A stretch of DNA of 64,000 nucleotides from Octopus vulgaris (lineage: Eukaryota), in NCBI GenBank assembly GCA_951406725.2, contig OX597817.1, positions 165,416,001 through 165,480,000 on the forward strand. The letters are read 5' to 3'. A program made the translations under genes and the position numbers. The notes below the pieces were generated by a model. That model had not been told where the DNA came from. It searched no databases and was given only the letters and a program-made list of their open reading frames with translations. Shown here one piece after another: positions 42,250-53,352 of this stretch (the first letter of the stretch is position 1; every line of letters begins with the position of its first letter).

Positions 42250-42640
42250 TCTCTTTTCACTGTTGCCATGCTGCAGCATCACGTTTAAACGAACAAATCG
42301 ACCTCAGGACTTGTTCTCTTTGTAAGCCTAGTACTTATTCTATCGCTCGCTTTTGTCGAACCGCTAAGTTACGGGGACGTAAACACACCAGCATCGGTTG
42401 TCAAGCGATGTTGAGGGGACAAACACAAGCATACAAACATATACACACACATACATACATAAATACATACATACGACGGGATTCTTTCAGTTTCCGTCTA
42501 CCAAATCCACTCACAAGGCTTTGGTCGGCCCCAGGCTATAGTAAAAGACACTTGCCCAAGGTACCACGCAGTGGAACTGAACCCAGAACCATGTGGTTGG
42601 TAAACAAGCTACTTGCCACACAGCTACTCCTATGCCTATA
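42250..42640 (-). mobile_element. SINE A
   Basis: Homology to A consensus. Confidence 0.9.
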
Positions 42641-42849
42641 TCTCTGCATCATCATGATTCCCGCCGTGTATCAAAAGGCCGACATCATGGCTGCAGTTCA
42701 ATTATTATGTTTTGCCTGTCATTCTACTCCTTATAACTCCTTTTCCTTCAACCCGTAATTTTTATTCTCTCACTAACTCTCTAGCTGTTACCGCCCTCTC
42801 TTTAATATATTCCTCTCTACGGACAACGAAAAACTAGCTAACAATTCGT

Positions 42850-43260
42850 TAGCTGTCAAAAACGTTAGCAAGCCGGGCGAAATGCTTAGTGGTATTTCGT
42901 CTGCCGTTACGTTCTGAGTTGAAATTCCGCCAAGGTCGACTTTGCCTTTCATCCTTTCGGGGTCGATAAATTAAGTACCAGTTACGCACTGGGGTCGATA
43001 TAATCGACTTAACCCATTTGTCTGTCCTTGTTTGTCCTCTCTGTGTTTAGCCCTTTGTGGGTAGTAAAGAAATAGGTATTTCGTCTGCCGCTACGTTCTG
43101 AGTTCAAATTCCGCCAAGGTCGACTTTGCCTTTCATCCTTTCGGGGTCGATAAATTAAGTACCAGTTACGCACTGGGGTCGATATAATCGACTTAATCCA
43201 TTTGTCTGTCCTTGTTTGTCCTCTCTGTGTTTAGCCCTTTGTGGGTAGTAAAGAAATAGG
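42850..43260 (+). mobile_element. SINE B with two tandem units
   Basis: Two near-identical ~184-bp units. Confidence 0.95.
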
Positions 43261-44031
43261 TTAGATCGTTCGCTATCAATATATATTATGTTGGTGCTGA
43301 CTCCAAAACGAAGAAGTCTTCCGCTTACAACGTATGGTTCTTTCTTTTCTTTAGAATGTATATTATTTATAAGTTACGAAAATGTTGACCGTAACTCAAG
43401 GTAACAAAGACATGAATACAATGAAGATACATTAAAATTTCTTTTTAGCTCGTCAGCTGTTATACATGCTAGGTACTTTTAAGTACTTCTATATCACATG
43501 TCTGTCAGTTATTAACTCACTCAAAGACAACCTAACCAACGTTTATCATATTACTTATTTCGAACACATGTTCACACATCAGATGATTTGTGCTCAAAAA
43601 TGCTTACTGCAAAGACAACGTAGCTATTAAATCCATAGTTTTGTTGAAAACGTGCTATTCTACTACCAGATAGCGCATCTTTCAAGTTTCATCCATCTGT
43701 TCCTCGCATATATACATATACGACAGGCTTCTTTCAGTTTCCGTCTACCAAATCCACTCATAAGGCTTTGGTCATGCCGAGACTATAAAAGGAGACACTT
43801 TCACAAAGTGCTACGCAGTGCAACTAAACCCGGAACCTTGTGGTTGGGAAGCAAGCTTCTTACCACACAGCCACACCTGTACCTACGATGAACACGAGTT
43901 TATAATCATTTGTTCCAAAGTATGTTTCACCAGTGCGGTTGTTTGAAACTGTACAAAGGATTTTTCTGTGAGCTTAGCCACAGCGGCTCATCACGGAACA
44001 CTTGAACTGCATAACAGGAGTTAATATAATA

Positions 44032-44319
44032 TGATTTTGATGATTTTGATTTTTACAGTTTCAGCTCATGAGCTGTGGCCATGCTGGGGCACCGCCATTT
44101 GGTTTGCTACATGATTTTACCTCACAAGTGCTTTTTAGCAACTGCCATTTGGTGCATGAGAGAGTTCGATGCAGCTGCCCTCATCTGCACCTCCTGCCGT
44201 GAAGTTGGTTCATCCGGGACACCTGACAGGAAGAGATCCAGTCCTACTTTAAAGACATCCGCATCTACACCATGCAGGTCCCTCAGGTTCTTCGGGAGGA
44301 TATTGAAGAGCTGTGGGCC
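44032..44319 (-). mobile_element. CR1/L2-group LINE 3' end with a tail resembling SINE A
   Basis: Encodes GPQLFNILPKNLRDLHGVDADVFKVGLDLFLSGVPDEPTSRQEVQMRAAASNSLMHQ; 3' UTR ggcggtgccccagcatggccacagctcatgagctgaaact plus (aaaatc)n. Confidence 0.8.
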
Positions 44320-44791
44320 TTATATATATATAGAAATTTCGAGAAAACAATAGAATAAATAAAAAAAACAGTAAAGTTTCGAATGTTCTGCAAAAAAGAC
44401 TTAGTGAGAGTGGAATGGAAACGAAGAAATTTAGTAGTTAAAAGTATTTCCTTATGTAATAGGGAAATATTTGATGACTTTTAAACAATTTGCTGATTCA
44501 TTTTTACATGTTACAAACATATTTTTGTCAGATAACTTAGTTTTAAATTATCAGCCAGAAAATAAGCCCGTCATATGTATATTTTAAACAATTTGTGCTG
44601 ATTCACATAAACGAAAATTCCAATAGTCACCATGTATATTATGTTTTCAACAAGTTTCCTATTTTCTTGTACTTTGCAACTAAAATCACTAGCGTTCAAC
44701 AACAAACTTGCGTAATAAAAGCCATCAAGTTTTTTTCAGTTACAATGCACGTAAAATCGCTGTTCGAAGTTTTTCTATTTTATCATTATAA

Positions 44792-45175
44792 CTAGCAGTA
44801 TCGCCCGGCGTTGCTCAGGTTTGTAAGGGAAATAACTATAAAGCATTTTTAGAGAGTTATAGCCAAAAAATAGCAAAAAAATGGAAAAAAATGATGGTAA
44901 ATTTTTTTTGAGAGTGAAAAAAGGTGGAGTTGCGTCCCCTAGACAGTTTGCGGTTTGATTTCTGATTCTCAACCCCATGTCGAATTTATCGATTTTTTTT
45001 CAGAACTGGGGGAACTTTTCAAAATTTTCGCTACGTTAGTTTTGAATTATGACATTGGGCTATGTGTGTGTCAAGTTTCATCAGAATCGGTTGAAAGCCG
45101 TGGTCAGGGTGAGGGTACAAGCAAACAGACACCCAGAAACACGCACAGACAAACTGCCGTTTATATAGAGAGAGA
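44792..45175 (-). mobile_element. Non-autonomous Helitron-like element
   Basis: Minus strand A|TC...gcaacgccgggcgatactgCTAG|T: 5' TC, 3' CTAG with GC-rich subterminus, inserted between A and T, no TSD. Confidence 0.75.
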
Positions 45176-45229
45176 TGTAGCAAGCATAATTTTTAAAATG
45201 AGGTAGTTTTTGAGAAGCATTGTGACGTA

Positions 45230-45940
45230 TAACTTTAAAGAATATAGTTGTGTAAATCCAGAACAATTTGAGAAGGTACAAATACAAATATACAATGAAA
45301 AGAAAAAGAACATAGTTGGAGTTTTACCTTGTATTTCTGTATATTGGGGTGAAGCCCCACTTCTTCAGGGCATTCGGAAAAGCGGTGCTCGGAAAAAGTT
45401 TGTTACTCAGATGTTTGTCTCCCACGCCCCACCCTCACACATCTGCTGAACAAACTTTTTTCCAACCACCGCTTTTCCTAATGTCCTGAAGAAAGCCTTT
45501 ACACCGGAAAATAGAAAAACGAGGTAAAACTGCAACGCTGTTCTGTTTTCTTTTCATTTTGTAGTTTACATTGTGACCACCGTGACCGACCAGGCTATCA
45601 GATGTTGCTACACATCGCTAGTCACAATGCGCTTCGCATTGATTTAGCCTTCAAATGGCGCCACCCCGCTGGCTAAGCGAGCAGGCCAACAGAAGAAAGA
45701 GTGAGAGAAAGTTGTGACGAAAGAATACAGCAGGGATCGCCACCACCCCTGCCGGAGCATCGTGGAGCTTTAGATGTTTTTGCTCAATAAACACTCACAG
45801 CGCCCGGTCTGGGAATCGAAACCGCGATCCTATGACCGCAAGTCCGCTGCCCTAACCACTGGGCCATTGCGCCTCCTCATAGTTTACATTATACCTTCAC
45901 GAATTGTTCCGGATTTACACAACTACATTCCTCATAGTTT
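45230..45940. repeat. Diverged ~180-bp inverted repeat interrupted by a SINE
   Basis: ~45230-45414 versus 45439-45572 plus 45891-45940; each arm contains cCTGAAGA. Confidence 0.85.
45573..45879 (-). mobile_element. SINE with C-type head and an alternative RTE-like tail; 11-bp TSD
   Basis: TSD tagtttacatt at 45562-45572 and 45880-45890; tail resembles 1613-1675. Confidence 0.9.
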
Positions 45941-46322
45941 TTGAAAATAGTAATCCCTACCTTAACAATACCAAAATATTGGAAATTAAGTCTTTCAAAA
46001 ATAAACCTTCCCAAAATGAAGAAACAAGTGTAATGTTATCTTCTGCGATCACTATAATGACTGGACAAGTTGGGGGCAATAAAGATCGGAGATGCTTTGA
46101 TCCATGCAAAATCTGCAGAAGCTACTCGGAGGTTTTGCAAGTTTATCTTCTAAATTCATCGCAATGTTGTCTCGAGGTTACAGTCGTTTCGCCTTTTAGT
46201 CTGAACACTTTACCTGAGTCGGGCAGCGAAAGTGTCTCCTACTATAGCCTCGGTCTGACCAAACCCTTATGAGTGGATTTGGTAGACGGAAACTGAAAGA
46301 AGCCCGTCGTATATGTATATAG

Positions 46323-46535
46323 GCGAGGTCTGATCAATAAGTATCCGGACTGTTGCTATAGTAACGAAGCTAAAGCACGCAAAGTAAAGCTGCTTGGAAA
46401 AGAATGACCTTGAGCTCTGTTGTGGATGCACACTAAATTTTAATGTTCTAGCTCACTTCCGCTGTTTACAGCAGTGCTTGGAAAGAACGTGTGTAGCGTG
46501 TGATCGTCGCATTGACCATGACAGAGAAAGTTGTC
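46323..46535 (+). mobile_element. Mariner-like 5' end fragment
   Basis: cgaggtctgatcaataagtatccggact TIR-like start leading to ATG ACA GAG AAA GTT; no partner TIR seen. Confidence 0.45.
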
Positions 46536-46905
46536 ATGGTGATACCTGAATTTGTCTTTGCTCATAGGAAGATTCCACTTACAGTCTCTTATCAAGAATA
46601 ACCATTTCAAGGTAGTTTCAACCGCCATTGCTATCTTCTTAATGACATTTTTCAGTTGTTTCAATTTCTGCTAGAAATAGCGCACCGATCAATCTGGAAG
46701 GTCGCAGTTACAGACTCCAATAGTGAATTATGCTGAGAAAAATCACATCATTTTAGTACATTAAACAAAATGTTTGTGTGTATTTTATCTTAAAAGCATA
46801 AGTCAACAATTGGTATTAGTATTACTATACGTACTGGCATTTTTAACAGATGAAAGCAATTCTCGCATTACACTGAACAAATGAACATTCTCATTCTTAT
46901 AGCTT

Positions 46906-47373
46906 ATCATCATCATTGTTCGACCGTGGTCGAGACAATGGAATTTACCATGCTACGCCAGACTTCACGGTCCATCATGGCATTACGGAGGTCCTGTTGC
47001 TGGATGCCTGTATCCCTGGAGATTACATCAGGGTAGGAGAGTGTGCGCCCTCTGGTATTGCGAGTAGATGGCTTCCAGAGGAGAAGAGTAGAAATTACTT
47101 CTTTTTCAGCTCTACAACAATGTCCAGCCAACTGGACTCTCCTACCTTTCACAAGAGATGACACAGGTGGTAGTTTCCCATATATTTGCATTTTGGTTGG
47201 ATGGCGCTTCCACGAGAGATTTTGAACTCTCATAAGGAGGCGAGTGTAGGTTCCATCCAACCGCCTCTCAAGCTTCTTTGATAGCGTCCAGGTTTCTGAG
47301 CCATATAGTAGAATTGGTTCGACTGTGGCTTTGAAGATTTCAAGTTTGAAGTTTGAAGATTTCAAGTTTGAAG
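46906..47373 (-). mobile_element. 5'-truncated RTE-clade LINE (ORF C-terminus)
   Basis: Open frame KLEIFKATVEPILLYGSETWTLSKKLERRLDG...RRVQLAGHCCR...MMDREVWR; (TGA)n tail; ~22-bp tandem duplication at the 5' junction. Confidence 0.9.
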
Positions 47374-47614
47374 TCTATACTGCAAGGCCTCACATACATA
47401 CACTGTCCAATCTTAGGTGATTTGGCTCTATATTTGTCTTTGCCAGCCCAACCACTCGTTCTCACCCATCCAAGTTCTGACTTTAACAACAGGGCTAAAA
47501 TGTTGCATTTTTACCGTCCGGCCATATTTTGTGGACCGCACCTAATCTCCTTTATGGTTAGTGGCCGGCTGGTTCAGGACAAAACGTATAGATGATTCTT
47601 CCCTCAACTGCTGA

Positions 47615-48010
47615 GTGGAGGCGCAATGGCCCAGTGGTTAGGGCAGCGGACTCGCGGTCATAGGATCGCGGTTTCGATTCCCAGACCGGGCGTTGTGAGT
47701 GTTTATTGAGCGAAAACACCTAAAAAGCTCCACGAGGCTCCGGCAGGGGATGGTGGTGATCCCTGCTGTACTCTTTCACCACAACTTTCTCTCACTCTTA
47801 CTTCCTGTTTCTGTTGTACCTGTATTTCAAGGGGCCGGCCTTGTCACTCTCTGTGTCACGCTGAATATCCCCGAGAACTACGTTAAGGGTACACGTGTCT
47901 GTGGAGTGCTCAGCCACTTACACGTTAATTTCACGAGCAGGCTGTTCCGTTGATTCGGATCAACCGGAACCCTCATCGTCGTAACCGACGGAGTGCTTCC
48001 ATCCATCCAT
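47615..48010 (+). mobile_element. SINE C, full length
   Basis: Near-identical to the other C copies; (atcc)n tail. Confidence 0.95.
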
Positions 48011-48385
48011 ATATTGCTGTTTTCCTTTTGCGGGTTACACCTTTTCTTACATCTTTAAGATCCACTTATTTCAAAATTAGAACCATAGGCTTGTAGCTTG
48101 TTATCATTATAACGTCTTGCTTTTGCTTTAGCGAGAACTTTTAAGGCAGACTAGAACGTCGTGCCAGGATGTAAATGCCCACAAGGCACCTCTATGATAT
48201 ATGCAGTTAGAGAGATCAACTACTGAAACATGAGACTGAAAGTAGAATAGGATTTAGGTGATTAGTCCGAAATGATCAGGAAGTATATGATACAGATGCT
48301 TGTATCATCAACTTAAAGCACTGAAAATATTAAAATATATGGTGACCAATGGAGAAGGTTTGTGTAAGCCAGAATCATTGAAGAC

Positions 48386-48769
48386 ATTATTTACATTATT
48401 TACATTCGATAGATATTTGTCCTCATCTTGTTTGTTGTTAACACAACGATTCAGCTGATATAACCCCCAGCCTTCTTCAGGTGTCTTGGGGAAACTTCGA
48501 ACCTGGGTTCTAATTTCTAAGGTATTTTTCTATGTTATTATTTTTTTTTTAATAATTATTATTGTTATTATTATTATTGTTGTTGTTATTATTATTATTG
48601 GTGGTGGGAGTGGTAGTGTTGTTGTTAGTGTTCAGGTCACTGCTTGGAATCGAACTCGGAATCTTGAGGTTAGTAGCCCGCGCTCTTAACCACTACGCCA
48701 TATGCAAATGTCGAATTTAAATAATGTAAATAATGTACATAATTCCTCATCTCTTAAATATAGAACTGT
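48386..48769 (-). mobile_element. TSD-bounded composite: tRNA-like head, (AAT)n-rich spacer and hammerhead motif, with inverted end
   Basis: 12-bp TSD atcattgaagac (48374-48385, 48770-48781); A box tggcgtagtgg and B box gagttcgattcc in ~48633-48702; gacac-CTGAAGA-aggctg..cagct-GAATC-GTT-gtgtt at 48440-48485. Confidence 0.85.
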
Positions 48770-49076
48770 ATCATTGAAGACGTTGCAGACACTGTAAGAG
48801 AAAGAAAATTTAGATAAAGGATGAAAACATTCAATTATGATATAATATTTACTAGCAGTAAGTACCCAGCGGTGCCTGGCTTCATTAAAAACTAAATCAA
48901 ATTACACCGGTGACTACAATGTATTTATAATTTCCGATTCTCTTCAGAAATAGACTTCGTCTCGAATTTAGCGGGAGAGATGGAATGTAGAGTGCTGTAC
49001 TAAACACTGAATTTTAATCGTGGATGACTGGATTATGTCTGTGTGTATGAGTGTGTGTGTGGATGTGTGTGTGTGT

Positions 49077-49113
<37 letters not shown>

Positions 49114-49212
49114 TGAGTGTGCGTGTATGTGTCCGTGTGCGCGTGCGTGCGTGTTTATGTATGTGTGTGCGTGTTTGTGTGTCTATCTATTATCTATCTA
49201 TCTATCTGTCTG

Positions 49213-49290
<78 letters not shown>

Positions 49291-50405
49291 TAATCCAAAC
49301 GGGAAAACAGAAAAAACAACAACACGTGGAACAATTACAGTATTATTATTATTAGGCGCTCAGGAAAATGGAATATACACACATTCATTCACACACACAC
49401 ACACACGCGCATGCACACATTCACACACATGTTAATATATATATATATATATATATATATAGTATCGCGTTAAATTTCTACTAACCTCTTGAAGTATTTC
49501 AAATTTTCAGATTCTTTTCAGATTTTCACAAATATAGCTGATAATGAACATCACATCAATTTTCCTTCTTTTTTATGAAAATAATACAAAGTTGCATCTA
49601 GAATATAATTTTCGCCAGTCGGAAGCCTCCATTACCGGCTTAGCAGAAGTCGAACGCGTGTGTGTGTGTCTACGGCAACCACACAAATACAAAGAAGATG
49701 AAACTTTTACGTGCTCGCTCGACCTGCTAGAAATAGACTCCCATCTTGCTTAAAGTGATTCATAACGTCTAGAAAACAAAACGGACGGAACGTTGTGCTA
49801 TAGCACCATATATTTAATCGCTTGAGATAAACCCAGGCGTTTTCCATTTGTTGAGCGCTATTAATAATATCTAAATGAAAGTCAATCTCCGTTAAGACTG
49901 ACTTTATCGAACACACGACGCTTAAATCACTTGCTGCTGGGCAGCGGAGATCGACATTAAATGTAATTTCTCTTTTCTTATAAAATTGTAAACAAAGTTT
50001 AAAGAAAAACATGGTGGCAATGATGGAGAAAGAATTGGGGGAAAACGCTGTAACTGTACGAAATATAGTGTCGATGATGATGATGATGATGGTTTTAATG
50101 GTATTCTTTGTTCATCACCGAACTTTGCAGGAAGATTTAGCTGCTACTCGAGAGATTACGTAAAGGTGTCATCTTCTTCGTGTCGGTGAGACATGTGCGA
50201 CTTCCACTCTGTCGGCAATGGATACTTCAGATTGGCTATAATTGCACAATTTCAACTCCATCTAACAATTCTTTTAGTTAAATTCTAGAAAAGGAAATTA
50301 ATGCGAACTTTGCATCAGCATGCAAAACTGTTAGGTTGTCAAGAAAGCTCTTGCGGTTTTTAACCTTTAAATTCAGATGCACATATCTCAGCTCATATCT
50401 CAGAT

Positions 50406-50758
50406 GTGAAGGCGCATGGCTCAGTGGTTAGAGCGTCGAGCTTACGATCGTGAGGTTGTGAGCTCGAATCCCGGACCGGGCTGCGTGTTGTGTTCTTGAG
50501 TAAGGCACTTTATTTCACGTTGCTCCAGTTCACTCAGCTGTAGAAATGAGTTGCGATGTCACAGGTGCCAAGCTGTATCGGCCCCTTTGTCTTTCCCTTG
50601 GATAACATCTGGTGGTGTGGAGAGGGGAGGCTGGTATGCATGGGCGACTGCTGATCTTCCATAAACAACCTTGCCCGGACTTGTGTCTAGGAGGGTAACT
50701 TTCTAGGTGCAATCCCATGGTCATTCATGACCGAAGGGGGTCTTTACCTTACCCCTTT
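50406..50758 (+). mobile_element. SINE type D, full length, in a mariner-like remnant
   Basis: tRNA head (tggctcagtgg; agctcgaatccc), CORE-like gtgttcttgagtaaggcacttt; flanked by repeated catatctcag. Confidence 0.92.
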
Positions 50759-51456
50759 ACATATCTCAGCTCAAGCAAAACTTTATTAATCAAAATAAAC
50801 ACCATCAGAATCAATACACTTTTGCCAACGCGAAACAAGTTTATTTATGTGGACCATATTTACAAGACCTATGCATATCCAGTTCAACATTACTGATAGT
50901 TGAGAAATCATACAATTGAAAAGAGAACTTTATGAAAATTTCCAGTTGATACTCGAAGGTTTTTGTATTATACCAAAGAGTAAACATGGTGTAACCATTT
51001 TTTTCCATACTATACTAAAAAGTATCCCAGCATTTCTTCTCCAGTTTTTAAAGTCAGTTGAGTGGTATTTTAGAGGAATTGAACTATTTGCGTTTGACGA
51101 TTAAAAATAACTGAATAAAGCTTTATTTCTTCTTCGTTGGCTTGGTAACATGAAATGTGGTGAATGTGGTGTATAAAACCAGGAGAAACAATGACGATAT
51201 TTCGTCATAGCTGAAAGTAAGCAGGAGGCACTCGCGTCAAACTAAGGAATTGAAGATATATGAGCTCACTTATTGAAATCAACGTAGTTAAGACACATAA
51301 ATATATCAGATATTATATTGTGCGATTTGATCTATAAATCACACATCTAACAGTCAACACGTGTTCTATACATCTATGTATTACTCGATAATAAAACTAG
51401 CTTAAAAGCTTCTTTACATTATTACCGTTCTTATAGAAAGGTACTTTAAGTTGCCT

Positions 51457-52040
51457 TGGCAGAAACGTTAGCACGCCGGGCGAAATGCCTAGCAGTATTT
51501 CGTCTGTCGCTACGTTCTGAGTTCAAATTCCGCCGAGGTCGACTTTACCTTTCATCCTTTCGGGGTCGATTAAATAAGTACCGGATTCGCACTGGGGTCG
51601 ATATAATCAACTTAATCCGTTTTTCTGTCCTTGTTTGTCTTCTCTGTGTTTAGCCCCTTGTGGGTTGTAAAGAAATAGGTATTTCGTCTGCCGTTACGTT
51701 CTGAGTTCAAATTCCGCCGAGGTCGACTTTACCTTTCATCCTTTCGGGTCGATTAAATAAGTACCGATACGCACTGGGGTCGATATAATCAACTTAATCC
51801 GTTTTTCTGTCCTTGTTTGTCTTCTCTGTGTTTAGCCCCTTGTGGGTTGTAAAGAAATAGGTATTTCGTCTGCCGTTACGTTCTGAGTTCAAATTCCGCC
51901 GAGGTCGACTTAGCTTTTCATTCTCTCGGCGTCGATTAAATAAGTACCAGTTACGCACAGGGGTCAATATAATCGACTTAATTCCTTTGTCTGTCCTTGT
52001 TTGTCCCCTCTATGTTCAGCCCCTTGTGAGCAATAAAGTA
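51457..52040 (+). mobile_element. SINE B with three tandem units
   Basis: Three central domains at ~182-184-bp spacing. Confidence 0.95.
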
Positions 52041-52281
52041 ATAAGATTTATGGGAGATCGTAATCCATATAAGGTAAACGAAGTTCTACCACAATGGTTC
52101 TCAACCGGGATCCAAATGAACCCAAGGATTCTATATGAGATTGGAGCGGGGGCACACAAACAAAATAGCAAATTGGGGATCCATTGTAGTATATAAAGTG
52201 TCTACGAAAAATAGACTTAGGTGTATTTATTGCAAGAAACTGCAAAATTTCTTTCTCAAATGTTTTACATAGTCCAACCTA

Positions 52282-52668
52282 GTGGAGGCACAATAGCCCA
52301 GTGGTTAGGGCAGCGGACTCGCGGTCATAGGATTGCGGTTTCGATTCCCAGACCGGGCGTTGTGAGTGTTTATTGAGCGAAAACACATAAAGCTCCACGA
52401 GGCTCCGGCAGGGGATGGTGATGATCCCTGCTGTACTCTTTCACTACAACTTTCTCTCACTCTTACTTCCTGTTTCTGTTGTACCTGTATTTCAAAGGGC
52501 CGGCCTTGTCACTCTCTGTGTCACGCTGAATATCCCCGAGAACTACGTTAAGGGTACACGTGTCTGTGGAGTGCTCAGCCACTTACACGTTAATTTCACG
52601 AGCAGGCTGTTCCGTTGATTCGGATCAACCGGAACCCTCGTCGTTGTAACCGACGGAGTGCTTCCACC
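52282..52668 (+). mobile_element. SINE C with 15-bp TSD, nested in a hAT-like MITE (~52090-52740)
   Basis: acatagtccaaccta at 52267-52281 and 52669-52683. Confidence 0.97.
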
Positions 52669-52777
52669 ACATAGTCCAACCTACACAAGTTAACGTGCGA
52701 AAAACAAAACAAATTTTTAAAGAAATTTCTAAAATAAAAAAAAAAAAACAGTGTATAAAGATTATATTTAAAATTTA

Positions 52778-52848
52778 AGCTTAAAGGTTCAGAGCACCGC
52801 GACGCGTAATCACGGAGGTGTGAGTTCGAGTCTCATAGCCGGCCACCA
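52778..52848 (+). pseudogene. tRNA-Thr(CGT)-like remnant
   Basis: Anticodon arm ccgcga-cgCGTaa-tcacgg, T arm gtgag-ttcgagt-ctcat, ends ...gccggccaCCA; 5' acceptor strand missing. Confidence 0.5.
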
Positions 52849-53016
52849 ATACTTTTTTCTGCAAAATAGGGGTAGCTTATCCTGTTCAGGCTATATTATT
52901 AGCATCATCCTCCGTTTGGGAATTTAAAATCACTTCTTGAACTTTCGAAGACATCTCAACGCTTCTAAAAGCAAACTTCGTTTGTTTTTTTACGTTCATC
53001 GTAATTTGAATTTATA

Positions 53017-53077
<61 letters not shown>

Positions 53078-53143
53078 GTTGTTGTTGTTAGAGAGAGAGA
53101 GAGAGAGGGATAGATAGGTTGATGGACAGACCGACAGACAGAC

Positions 53144-53199
<56 letters not shown>

Positions 53200-53209
53200 T
53201 GATTGATAT

Positions 53210-53266
<57 letters not shown>

Positions 53267-53352
53267 CTGATATATAGATAAACATGCATATATGCACATA
53301 TACATATGTATGTGTATGTGTGTGCGTATGTGTGTGTGTGCGTGTGTGTGTG
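53017..53352. repeat. (ATT)n-(GA)n-(GATA)n-(TG)n compound microsatellite
   Basis: Visible tandem repeat. Confidence 0.97.

Noticed and set aside
50131-50159. Candidate micro-exon ttgcag|GAAGATTTAGCTGCTAC...|gtaaag
   Set aside because: agatttagctgcta recurs at ~28163, suggesting a repeat origin, and the donor is weak
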